A DNA stretch of 62,406 bases, filler included, from Basidiobolus meristosporus CBS 931.73 (Eukaryota; Fungi; Basidiobolomycota), in the NCBI GenBank assembly GCA_002104905.1. It is 3 parts of 3 records of this genome, joined end to end, with 100 filler letters (N's around TTAATTAATTAA, not from the genome) between each part and the next. Parts side by side here need not be neighbours in the genome. Positions count along the whole stretch, not along the records: positions 19,721 to 48,589 come from MCFE01000876.1; 2 more parts are not named here. The stretch is one strand, 5' to 3'. The translations under genes and the position numbers were made by a program. Positions 32,645-44,807 of the stretch are shown here, piece by piece. Each line of letters begins with the position of its first letter. Position 1 is the first letter of the stretch. A model generated the notes under the pieces. The model made no database searches and was not told the origin of the DNA. It saw only the letters and a program-made list of their open reading frames with translations.

Positions 32645-35565
32645 AATAACTCAATTAGCTTAGTTTACACTTCTTCAGATGAAATGATTTCAGACATATT
32701 TACCAAACCATTTGCTGGAGACAAGTTTGAATATAAGCTTGATACTAGAACTAGTCAGTATGAACATTTAGCTGAGTGGGAGTGTTGTAAAAGTCTGTAA
32801 TTCCATGTATATATTCACCTAACTTAGTCACTTAGATCATGACCTTCAAATCCTAGAGAATACTGACCAAATTCCTTGTTGGAATTTACTTGGAATATTT
32901 TCACCAAAATACCAGGTACCCAGATCATAAAACTATCAAGGTTGTCCAAACTGCCCCAAACTTTGCACACATGATCTTGGGACCTTCTTTAGCCTATTCT
33001 ACATTGCATTTATGCCAAGAACATGTACAAGTATAAATGATACTTTTACATTCAATAAATCATTAAGTGAAAACCACACAATCTACTTTTCCTCCCAATC
33101 ACTTCCAATATCTACAAGATTCTTACAACAGAAATGAGGTAGGAACCAGTTCATCTCTTGTCAAACTTCTAACTCCATTGTTTGTCCAAACTGGAATCAT
33201 AGAGTATTACTGGGTCTCCTAGTGATAGTGGCTTTGGTCTTACTGAGTGTGACTTGTCAAATGGCTCTTTGTTCTTCAGTCATGTATCCTTAAGTTGGTC
33301 AGCAACTCTGTTGATATTTAGTTCATGGTGATCAAGTTGCTGTGTATGAGTGGCTAGGAGATCTGCAGTCTGCCTATTGGGTTTCCAATCCAAAGAGTCC
33401 AAGTGACTGTGTCTAACTCAACTGGTAGTATGCAGTCATGTCAATAGAGTAGCTTAAATGGCAAAAATCCAGTTGTTCTCTTGGTACTAATTTTATTGGC
33501 TCAGTGTGCAAGACGTAATTGCTGTGGCCACAGTGTTGTATTATTCTCACAGGTCTTGACAAGAGAATTTACTAGTGGTTCATGTCCACTCTCTACAATT
33601 CCATTGGCTTGAGGATGGTAAGCTATAGCAAAAGCAATGTGCATCTTGTACTTTGAGCATAACTCCTGAATCACCAAGGATGTCATCTCTCCTCTGTCAG
33701 AAACAAACTTTTGGATGCAGCCAAATCTGCAGATAATGGCTTCATGTATAAATCTCTATACAGTATGGCTCTTGTTGTTGGGCAAGGCTTGTGGTTCTGC
33801 CCATCTACTGAGGTCATCTCTAGCATCAACTAGGTACTTCTTTGATCCAGCTGTTGGCATATGGACAAGGTCAATACCAACCTTTTGCCATAGACAGATT
33901 GTGTAAGTAAGATGCAATGGCTGTTCATAATGCTTAGAGGATCTTTCTGGCAGGCTACACATGACTCAACAAAGTGTTGGATACCATAGTACATGTTTCC
34001 CCAGTAGTACCTCTGAGCTGTGGTATTGTAGGTGGCATCTCATCCTCAATGTCCTTCTGGTTCTCATTGGTGGATACTTGTCATGATGTTCAGTTGCACT
34101 TGTGGGGTAGTGACCACTCTTCTTGGCTTAATTCCATGCTTCACTTGTTTAAAGAGCAGATCATCTTTGAGATAGTAGTGGTGTGCCTTCTTTCTGAGCT
34201 TTCTAGACTCATAACTTTCCATCTAACTAGGTTTCTTGAGTGGCCTTAGATATTCTTTGATCAGGCTCAAGGTAGTTCTCTCTTGGTCTTTGATGGCAAT
34301 CTGTTGATCTCTGCATCATTCATATCATCAAAGTGAGGGTCCAAGTCTTCAAATAATTGTGATCCCTTCCTGGAGAGTGCATCAGCCACAACAGCTGTCT
34401 TGCCAGGGATATGTCTGACCTCAAAGTCAAACACTTTGAGCCATGCCATCCATTGCTTTGTGGCATCATCAGGTAGATCAGGCTTGTTCATCATTCCTAT
34501 ATGTGGCTTGGCATCTGTCTCCAGGATGAAATGTGTCATGTATAGCTGTGACTTCAGCTTCCTCAGCATCTTCACAACTCCTAGTAACACTCACTTAATC
34601 TGTGAGTATCTATGTTCTCTAGGAGGGGATAGGCTGCTCTCATATCTGCAGGCATAGAAGTTGCCATCTTGATCATCTTGGCCAAGCAGTGCACCAGCTC
34701 CTATAGGGCTTGCATCAACTGCCAAAATAGGTGGTCATTCAGTGTTCTAATAGTTAAGAGGTCTTAGGACCAGTGGAGATACTAAGGCCTCTTTGAGTAA
34801 TTGCATGGCTTCTTGTTCTTCTCCCCAGATAAATGGGGTATTCTTTCACTGTAGTTAGTAGAATGGTACTGCTATCTTAGAAAACTCTGGGATCCAGATC
34901 ATAAAGAGTGCACAAGCTGCCACAAAGCCACAAGCTTGTTTTATGTTTGTGGGGGTAGGTCAGTTCCATATATTTTGTGTCTTAGAGTCTCCAGGTGAAC
35001 AACCAAGGGTGTTGCATTTTTGTCCAGCAATGGATATCTCTGATACACCAAAGCTCCTTTTCTCACCACTGATGGTGAGTTGAGCTTCTTCAATGGCTCC
35101 TAATATGGCATTATTGTCTGAAATACGGTCATAGATAAACTTTCTTACTCCAGGCATAACTTCAGTGGTGTCCCAGAACTTTGGTCCTTTGATGCCTATG
35201 TCATCAACAAAGACAGCAGGTCTCACAGGTATAAGCTGGTACAGCACACATACCATGCATCTCTGGAATGGAGCCACAGAGTTTGTAGCCCCTTGGCTAA
35301 GTCTTGTTATCTTTAACAGTCCAAATGGTGTCTGTAGTGCAATCATATCTCTTGATGTCTCATCTAGGGGGATCTGATCAAATCCTGAGTAGAGATCATA
35401 TGTTGAGTAGATGGAGTGACCATCAAAGCTCTCTGCAAAATCATCATTAGATGGAGGTATTGCAGCATCTCTGATAGTGACAGTATTTGCAGGTTGCATG
35501 TCTTGCATGAATTGGAGCTTTCCATTTTTCTTTCTGGTCACAAACCATTCGTAAGCATGACTCCC

Positions 35566-37530
35566 TGTGGTAATGGAAAGTATTCCATTACTACAAAATC
35601 TCTAAACCAATATTGCACTCATTTCTTTATTTTGCTTTTTGCTATTGTAACACACAAGTGAGAGATCAAGAATTTCCAACCTTGAAGGACAAATGCTCCA
35701 GACCCTGACAAGTAATCCACCCAAGAATATTATGTCATACAGAACACATAGTAGTCAATACATGTTTCATATTACAGCTCATTTGAAGCAGTACTTAAGG
35801 AGTTATGACCAAAAGAGTCCAGTTATTAAATAGACTTGTTCCGTTGGATAGTGCCACATTGAGCCATGAGTGCCAAATGATGCCATAGTGTGCCAGAGAG
35901 GCCAAGTGAGCCTCTACCTGGCCACAGAGTGTGAAACATAGCTCTGCATCTTCATGCAAAGCATCCCCTGTGTTTCACCCATTGTGTTGGAGAAAATCCA
36001 TTTTTTGACCTTTTTTTTTGGATCAATGTTGTGAAGGATGTGTTAGAGCACAAAAGAATTGAAGATATGCATCTGGTACTCAATACCCATGGCACTCTGA
36101 ATCTAGCTCCTGTAGCTTGTATCATGTCACAAAAATGAATGGCACTATCTTGGTCCACTGGTACTATCTGGCACTATAAGTGCTTTGTATTGATCTTACT
36201 TTAGGTCTAATATTTAAATATAGTGCCAGATAGTACCAGTGGACCAAGATAGTGCCATTCATTTTTGTGACATGATACAAGCTACAGGATCTAGATTCAG
36301 AGTGCCATGGGTAATGAGTACCAGATGCATATCTTCAGCTCTCCTGTGCTCTTGCACATTCTGAGCTACATTGATCCACAAAAAAAGGTCAAAAAATGGA
36401 TTTTCTCCTGCGCAGTGGGTGAAACACAGGGGCTGCTTTACATGAAGATGCAGTGCTATGTTTCACACTCTGTGGCCAAGTATAGGCTCACTTTACCTCT
36501 CTGGCACACTATGGTATCATTTGGCACTCATGGCTCAATGTGGCACTATCCAACGGAACAAGTCTTATATACTATGCCTTATTGCTAGGATTACTATGGT
36601 GACTTTGATTGCGTGTACCTTTGAATCAGCCAATCAAATCACGTGAAATTTTTACAGGTGCTGCACCTATGTCCAATCTAAGCGACTGCAAAATTTTATC
36701 TATGCATCATGTGTATTGCTTGTGCAATTGCCCAAAAAATTTGATCCTTCAGAATTTTGACATATATGACTTCCCCAGCTGAAAATAAAGAGAGAGCCTC
36801 TCTTTCCAGAATCTCCACCCTACAATTACAAGTTTAAAGGTTATAAGACTTCCCCTGCATCACTTGCACTGTTGAGTATTCTGACTTTGATTGGTACTAC
36901 GTCAGTAAAGAGACTGCAAAGCTCACAAGAATTCAATCTAAGTTCTACAAGAAACTACCACTTTTCTGTTGGAATAGTCCCCTGTAAGAAACCCCTTTAC
37001 TCCAAAGACACCCCTTCAGACACCCCTTTAGTCTAAAGACCCCCGTAGAGACCCCTTTATGAAACCCCATTTCTCTAAAGAAGCCCCTTTAGGCACCCCA
37101 TTAGTGTCAAGTCCACTCTAGAGACCACTACAAGAAGCCCCTTTACTCTAAAGACACCCCTTTAGGTCTAAAGACCCCTTTAGAGACTTCTACAACACAC
37201 CCCTTTAGGTTAAAGGGGAGTCCAGAGTTTCCATATTAGCAAATATTTTCTCAGAAAGGAAAGTGACTTGCAAATAAGAAAAAGCTTCTATAAAGGAAAT
37301 AAGTCCATTAGTCAACAGAAGGTCAGAACACTGCTGTAGAAGTGATAAACACTGCCTACAGTATATTTTGAGCCAAAGATTGAGGTAATTAGTGAAAGTT
37401 ATATCCTCTATTGGTATATCAAACTCCCAATAAACTATTTCAGTATTAGGATACTGCAAGTAGTTGTATATTGTAGATTAGCCTCTACATTGTAGAACAA
37501 GCCCCAAACTAATCATAATACAACACAACA
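35566..37530. mobile_element. Family C solo-LTR-like element, copy 2 (contains D1)
   Basis: TGTGGTAATGG..CAACACAACA; 4-bp TSD TCCC (35562-35565, 37531-37534). Confidence 0.9.
35832..36565. mobile_element. Family D foldback/MITE element D1 (347-bp arms, 40-bp spacer)
   Basis: Arms 35832-36178 and 36219-36565 are reverse complements; termini AGACTTGTTCCGTTGGATAGTGCCAC; flanks AAT / TAT. Confidence 0.92.
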
Positions 37531-38994
37531 TCCCATGGCAAGGCTCTAGGATACCAGCATCAATCTTCTTCTTCAGTAGATCATGTACATCAGCTTGGAG
37601 TCCTCTGTGCAGTGGGTAAGGCTTATATAACCAAGGTGTGTGTGGCACTGTATAAGTCTTGATAGGTTTTTCAATCACTGTCTTTAAGAGCCCCATCTCC
37701 TTGGCATTAAATGAGAAAACCTTATCATGCCTTTTCAGGATGTCTTCAAATAAAAAATTCTCCTCTGGTGTTAGGTTTTCATTACCAATAATAAGTTGCG
37801 TAAGTCTTGCAGGTGCAAGTGGTATATCTTCTGGTGTTTTTTCTGGTGGTCTGATGTTATCAGCATTTTAAGATCCATTAGTCAAAGGTGTAGGTGATGG
37901 TCTAATCTTCTGTTCAACTGTCTTGTATTTTGTTTGAACTATGGCTGTCTACTCCAATATACCTAATGAGCAGCTCCAAGTGTTGGGGTGTTCATTGTTG
38001 GGCTCCTCATCTTCTTCTATAACAAGATGCATCTTCTTGCAAGCATAAGTGTCCTCTTATTGTTGGGTGTTACACCACAGAACATTGACTGTAGCCCTGA
38101 GTTTGATTCTAGTATAGTGTACCACACTGAACCATCAGAGTAATTGGTAGTTGTAGCCTTAGTACAGGTCTCCCATGGTCTGCCTAGCAGAATGTTAATA
38201 TTTGCCTTTTGGCAGATAAAGGGGGGAAGCCAGATCTTGATTCCTTGTACCTCAATAGGGAACTTGTGCACTACACCATAAGGTGGGCTAGATCCTGAGT
38301 TTGCATCAGTCATGTTCCATCCAATATCTCTATCAATAGGCTGTAGCTCCTTGCTGCTAAGTGTCTTCCAGAAGTCTAGCAGCATAATGCAAATATTTGA
38401 AACACTGTCAATATGGCAGTCAACAGGGTCTTCATATACTTTCCTTTCAGCACAGCAGTTGCTACTGAGTAAAACGTCTAATATGCAGTAGTATTGTCAT
38501 CCTTTGGAGGTCTTCATGGCTTGTCTGAATTGTATGGGTGTCCATATGTTCAATGGCTTGCTGTCTTGTTCTAAGCTGCTCATTAAAGGTTTTCCTAACA
38601 GATGGGGATACACTCATGATTTCTCCAACCAATAAAGTAAGGTTCTGCTTCAGCAGCTTCTTGGTGACCAGCTGAGGGCTTGAGTAGCTTGCTGTCTGTG
38701 AAGTCATCAAAAAGTGAGACAATGGATCTTGAGTGGGCAGTACCCAAGGCCTTTTGTCAATGATAACTTCAAGCTCTTCATATTGGGATCTTCTAAGGAT
38801 GGGTTTGTCAAGTTCTTCAGGAAGGTGTTTTTTGGTAGCAAAGGCATTAACTTTGTATTGTCTGTTGTCAGGGCTGCCTGGATATATTGTATAAGTCCCA
38901 ATAGAGGCATGAATAGTAATCTTACTAGTTGCTGAGTCAGATTTCTGGAAAAGAGCTCTCAACCCTCCTCTTCAGAAACTGGTGGGTACCCTTC

Positions 38995-39910
38995 TGTGGT
39001 AATGGAAAGTATTCCATTACTACAATATCTCAAAACCAATATTGCACGCATTTCTTTATTTTGCTTTTCCTATTATAACACACAGCTGAAAGATCAAGAT
39101 TTTACAACTTTGAAGGACAAATACTCCAGACCCTGACAAGCAATCCACCCAAGAACATTATGTTGTACAGAACATGTAGTAGTTAACACATGTTTCAAAT
39201 TACAGCTCATTTGAAGCAGTACTTAAGGAGTTATGACCAAGAGAGTCCAATTGTTATAAGCTAGGCCACTATTGCTAGGATTACTATGGTGACTTTGATC
39301 GCGTGTAACTTTTGAACCAGCCAATCAAATCACATGAAGCTTTCATAGTTGCTGCACCTATGTCCAATCTGCATCACTTGTACTGTTGAGTATTCTGACT
39401 CTGATTGGTACTACATCATTAAAGAGACTGCAAAGATCACAAGAATCCAATCAAAGTTCTACAAGAAACTACCACTTTTCTGTTGGAAAAGTCCCCTCTA
39501 AGAAACCCCTTTACTCTGAAGACACCCCTTTAGACACCCCTTTAGGTCTAAAGACCCCTTTAGAGACTTCTACAACACACCCCTTTAGGTTAAAGGGGAG
39601 TTCAGAATTTCCATACTAGCAAATACTTTCTCTGAAAGGAAAGTGACTTGCAAATAAGAAAAAGCTACTATAAAGGAAATAAGCCCATTAGTCAACAGAA
39701 GGTCAGAACACTGCTGTAGAAGTGATAAACACTGCCTACAGTATATTTTGAGCCAAAGATTGAGGTAACTAGTGAAAGTTATATCCTCTATTGGTATATC
39801 AAACTCCCAATAAACTATTTCAGTATTAGGATACTGCAAGTAGTTGTATATTGTTGATTAGCCTCTGCATTGTAGAACAAGCCCCAAACTAATCATAATA
39901 CAACACAACA
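38995..39910. mobile_element. Family C solo-LTR-like element, copy 3
   Basis: TGTGGTAATGG..CAACACAACA; 4-bp TSD CTTC (38991-38994, 39911-39914). Confidence 0.9.
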
Positions 39911-41953
39911 CTTCTTCCTTCCCTGCCAGCAAGTATTCAATCAGCTTCAAACTGTACAGCTCCTTCTCTAAGTAGCTGACTAAGCTCTGAGCATTCTCTT
40001 CTGGCATGCTGAATAGAGTCACACCATATGCAATGTCTGGGCAAAGGTCTTTGGCTCTCAGTAGCTACTTCAGCTGAGCCATTGATCTTGATGGCTCAGC
40101 TGAAGATGCTGTTCAGCAAGTTGGTCAGTTCTGTCAGTAGTTTAGGTTTGATTGTCAGCAACAGCACTCCTTGGCTTCTTGGTTGACTGGCCTGGCAGAT
40201 TAGACTTCAAAAGTCTCATAAAGGTGGCAGTCTGCTTTGCCTCTTGGAGAACATGTTTCATCTCTGCAAAGCATGGAATGCAAGACTTGTCATCCTTGGC
40301 TGCCTGTATTTCAGCTTTCCTTGCCAAGCTGTGAAAAAGCCCTTGTGTAAGGTAAAGTGTCATGGTAAGCTCAGTTATAGCCTGGGACTCTAGGAGTGGG
40401 TTGGCCATGTCTTCATACTGTTGAATGAACTCTTCAAGTGGTAGCTTGGAAAGTCCAGTCCTTTCAAAGTGTCTGACATCTTCAGTTCCATTGTTTATCT
40501 GGTGTCTACCCTACTTGGTTGGTAGATAGGTCTTCATTAAGGTCCAGTCAGTGAGAATGTCTCCTTGTCTGAGAAGCTTAGTGGTAATATTATTGGTGCA
40601 GTAGTAGGGGAAGTCTTTGCCATTTCTTGTTCAGATAGGCTGCACATCTTGCAGAGCTTCTCCCATTGAATATGAAGCTTTCCACATTCTTTCCATCAAA
40701 CTGTGGGGCTCCATGTGAGAGTAGTAATGGCATAGAGCTCATTTTGGGTAGGTAGGTTGGAGTTGTACTCTTGATAATATTGGTAGTTTCTTTTCAACAA
40801 GTGGATAAAAGCTCAAATCTTCTGGTAAATCTTGTTGGGTCCTAGAGAGCCTTTATGAACCCCCCCCCCTCACATTGAATGCCAAAAATGTTGTGGTGTA
40901 TAGGTCAGGGGAGAGATACATCCTACACTTCTCAAGTGTGTCGTGTGTGGGGTGTTCACTGGGTGCAATAACCTCTGGCAAAAGCTTGCTTGGAATACTT
41001 GGGGTTTGTCTCTGATTTAATGTGATGGGGAATAAAGCTACATGCTTGTCAAGGAAAAACTATTGAGCTACAGTCCCCAACTTGGTTGGTGTCTTAACAA
41101 AAGTATGTGCTGGGCTCAGTGTCCTTTGAGATGACAATGTACTAAAGCTTCCAAAGTCAAAACAACTGTAAACTCCACCAGCAGGGACTTGATAAGAATT
41201 CAACTGTGGTCAATAGTTACAAAGACACAACAGTATCTTTGCCTGCACAAGAACAACTTGGGAATGAATCAAATATAATAAAAGATATCTACTCTGAGTT
41301 TTCCTCACACGCAGTACCTCCAAGGTCAGTTGGCTGTCAGCACAGTTTCCTGAGAGTGTCCTGTAGTCTGGGATTGAAAGCTCAGGTAGCAGCAGGTAGC
41401 AGTGATCATACTAATCAACAAGTGGATATATTGATAAAAGGGATGATGATTTATTGTTGAGGGATTGCTTCCCTTATATACTTTACTCACTGGCTAGGTG
41501 ATTACTGATCATGGTGTTCCAGAATGTTTTGAAGATCAATAGAAATCTTAATGCAATCAGAATGAGCTAAGAGTATTCCAAGTAGGTGCTGGAAGGTTCT
41601 AAGAAGCACAGCACATCCAACCAGTCAGGAATCAATACTTGCCTATGTAACATAGGGATACCATATATGGTAAAGAAGTGGTAGGGATGGTGACACATTT
41701 TGACCATGTGTCACAGGTACTGGCGCTGGTACTTGCCTAATATAGAAGCACTTGCAGCTAGTAATTATACATAAAGTGAGGGATAACTTATGCAATAAGG
41801 TAAGCAGGTGTGATAGTCAGCCAGCTTATGAGATAGTACTAATCAAGTAAGACTAATGGGATAAAACTAAGATCAATGTAGTAGAGAAATAGGGAAGTAG
41901 AAAATATGGGAATGGGCACATTTGTTAGTGGGTGTCACTGTGACCCCACAACA

Positions 41954-42290
41954 TCCAACCAATCAGGAATCAATTCTGCCTATGTAACATAGGGATACCA
42001 TATATGTTAAAGAAATGGTATAAATGGTGACACATTTTGACCATGTGTCACAGGTACTGGCGCTGGTACTTGCCTAATTTAGAAGCACTTACAGCTAGTA
42101 ATCTTATGCAAAGTGATGGATAACTTATGCAATAAAGTAAGCAGGTTTGATAGTCAGCTGGCTTAAGGAATAGTACTGATCAAGTAAGACTAATGGGATA
42201 AAACTAAAATTAATGTAGCAGAGAAATAGGGAAGTAGAGAATACGGGAATGAGCACATTGGTCAGTGGGTGTCACTATGGCCCCACTACA
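41954..42290. repeat. Tandem partial duplicate of the last ~340 bp of the family A LTR
   Basis: 41951-42290 resembles 41613-41953 and ends in CCCCACTACA. Confidence 0.88.
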
Positions 42291-42599
42291 GTGGTCAGCT
42301 TGTGGCTCTGCAGAGGTTCTCAATTGCCTTCTTAACTGAGAGCCTGAGGTGTCTGCATTATTACCTTCAGTGAACAAGCTGTTAACAAGGCCTTTTTTGG
42401 ATATAGCCCTGCTTATTGCACTGAATATGAATGCAAGCTGTTGTCCAACTGTTCTTCTGTTACTATTATGAATAGACACAAGGCAGAAGAGTAGAGCTAA
42501 GCAAGGCAGGACCAGGAAAGGACTTAGGTGTGGACTAACAAGGCAAGGCAGATTTAGCCAGCCTTTTGGGACACAGGGGGATTGTATTGCTGCTGAATG

Positions 42600-43990
42600 T
42601 GTGAGATCCAGGGGATCTCCTCCATAACTCACACATATTATTATTACCCAAACACCAGCTGTAAGAACATCTTCCTGCAGAGAGAACATACACAGTCAGC
42701 ATGCAATTGCAGCAAAGTTGGCAAGCTTTATGCCATTGGCCAGATTATTAAGTTATCTGACAAGTGCAAGGACTGGATGAACTGGAAATGTATTTATTCA
42801 AGTAGCCTTCTGAAGCCATCTCTACCATGAGTATGTTGGAAGCATTGAGAGTCATATGTGGCCATTATAGGAATATCTATTCAGAAGCAGATCACTAACG
42901 CCAATTTGACCCATCTGCAGCCTTTGTGCAAGTAGTATGTGAGAGGATTTGTGTGGCTTTACTACAAACATGTAGCTGAATAGACATGTGCCATTAGATA
43001 GTGGCACATTAAGTCATGAGTACTAAATATTGTCATTGTGTGCAGAGAGACATAAAAGCCCAAAACTTGGCCTCATAGTGTGAGAGATAGTTCTTCATAT
43101 TTATGGAAAGCAGCCCTTATGCTTCACCCATTGTGCTGAGAAAAACACATTTTCTGACCTTTTTTTAGGATCAATGATTTGCAGGATATCTAAGAACACA
43201 AAGGACTGAAGATATCAATCTGGTACTTAATATCAATGGCACTCTGAATCTAGCTCCTGTGGCTTGTAACATGTCCCCAAAATGTTTGGCACTTTCTTGA
43301 TTCACTGGTGCTATCTGACACTATAAGTTCTTTGCATAGGTTTTACTTTAGGGCCAATATTTAAATCAAGTGCAGATAGTGCCACAAAAGCTAGATTCAA
43401 AGTGCCATGTGTACTGAGTGCCAGGTATATATCTTCAGTTCTTATATGTTGTTACACATCCTGCACAATATTGATGCCAAAAAAAGGTTGCAATATGGGG
43501 TTTCTCCACCATAATGTGTGAAACACAGGGGCCGCTTTACATGAAGATAAACAACTATGTTCTGCGCTCTGTGTCCATGTATAGGTCTACTTGGCCTCTG
43601 TGGCACACTATGGTATCAGCGGGCACTCATGACTCAATGTGGCACTATCCAACAGAACAAGTCTAATGTGTAGATCCCTGCCAATACTGTATCCACTCTC
43701 TACTCCATCTTACTTGGTGTGTGGAGAATATTGAGCCTTGCTTCACCTTTTGGGGGTTTCCTATGCAGCAAATGTGTTAGCAGTTGGGTTAAGACATGTC
43801 AAGTTGCAGGTACTACCATATACCAATCTCATCAAGAATATTACTTTAAAGTCTGTCATGGATGTGATGAGCTGGCACACAAAAGACAGCCAGGAAGAGT
43901 TGGAATGTACTGAAGACAAATGCTCACATGGAGATATCTATGTTTATAGCATTAAGAAGCTAAGCAGCCCCAATGCATGGATAATGAGCT
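42600..43990 (+). mobile_element. Degenerate CMC/EnSpm (CACTA-like) transposase, C-terminal half, interrupted by D2
   Basis: One frame reads KCKDWMNWKCIYSSSLLKPSLP*VCWKH..IQKQIT..YVRGFVWLYYKHVAE/CVDPCQYCIHSLLHLTWCVENIEPCFTFWGFPMQQMC*QLG*DMSSCRY. This matches the fungal CMC pattern KAEEW..LYYQ..C..HaLLH..GP..W.FPMER.CG. Confidence 0.75.
42982..43664. mobile_element. Family D foldback element D2
   Basis: Degenerate long inverted arms homologous to D1; AAT on both sides; excision restores the transposase frame. Confidence 0.88.
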
Positions 43991-44046
43991 AAGTAATGCC
44001 AATTTGGGTTGGGTGCAACAAGCAACTAATTTTTATTAGGAAAACT

Positions 44047-44610
44047 CTACCAAAGTATGCCAGACTTCTCATGGTCAGTTCTTGGATGTGACATTGAGCT
44101 ACTTGAGTTTCTTCTTTGCAGCAAAGATACTGCTTTCTCAACCTGAGATATTGATTGCTCTACATGTATTATCTGCTCATCCTGTTTCTGGACTACTTCC
44201 TGATTTCTCTGGGCCATTGCATCTATCCTATCAGCCACTGCACCTAATTACTTCATTAATGCTTTGGTATGAGCTGACAACATACTTGCTAATATAGGTG
44301 GTGGTGATGTTATCATGGCCACTTGCTGATCTTCAACTGAGGGTTCTGCATTTGCTACATTCTCATCTGCCTGAGCACAATGGTCAGCCTGTGGCTCTGC
44401 AGAGGTTCTCATTTGCCTACATAAGTGAGAGCCTGAGGAGTCTGCATTATTACCTTCAATGGGCATACTGTTCACAGGGCCTTTTTTGGATGTAGCCCTG
44501 CTTGTTGCACTGAATGTCAAAGCAAGCTGTTGTCCAACTGTTCTTCTGTTGCCGTCAGCAGTGGGGTTTGGTTGAGAACCAGACAACTTTGCTTTATTTT
44601 TTGGTGGCAT
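44047..44610 (-). pseudogene. Repeat-borne unknown ORF2 (MPPKNKAK.., coiled coil), N-terminal fragment
   Basis: ORFs 44248-44610 and 44047-44238 are one frame split by a stop; homologous segments at 42291-42480 and 53400-53991. Confidence 0.6.
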
Positions 44611-44807
44611 ATCTATGGAAGTGAGTCAAACCAAAGGGGAAACAATGTTACATATATGCGTGTATGTGGTGCCACAACCTTATTTATAATGCTTACTATG
44701 GCAGGTCATCATTGAATCTTACATTCATGTAGGTGCAATGTCTCAAATATAAGACTGTCTTAAGTTCACATGAGTATTGACCAAAAAGTGATATAATAGC
44801 ATTACGT

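Larger units (their letters stand above)
28194..33130 (+). mobile_element. Degenerate Ty1/Copia retrotransposon, 5' part displaced by A1
   Basis: [66 protein letters not shown]; PPT-like GAGTGGGAG; 3' LTR 32783-33130 with TGTTGTAA..TTACAACA termini. Confidence 0.92.
33131..41953 (-). mobile_element. Ty3/Gypsy family A, copy A2 (older, heavily mutated; 3' end displaced by Copia)
   Basis: Integrase, RNase H, RT, protease and gag fragments collinear with A1 from 33131 to 40860; 5' LTR 40889-41953; hosts C2, C3 and D1. Confidence 0.92.

Noticed and set aside
36975-37210. CRISPR-like array of GACCCCTTTA units
   Set aside because: Irregular degenerate subrepeats within a eukaryotic LTR-like element; no constant repeat-spacer period and no cas genes.
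37205-39839. Repeated 84-aa ORF MQYPNTEIVYWEF.. and other short ORFs in LTRs and family D
   Set aside because: They recur only because the repeats recur; the homologous frame is broken in C1 and there are no protein motifs.
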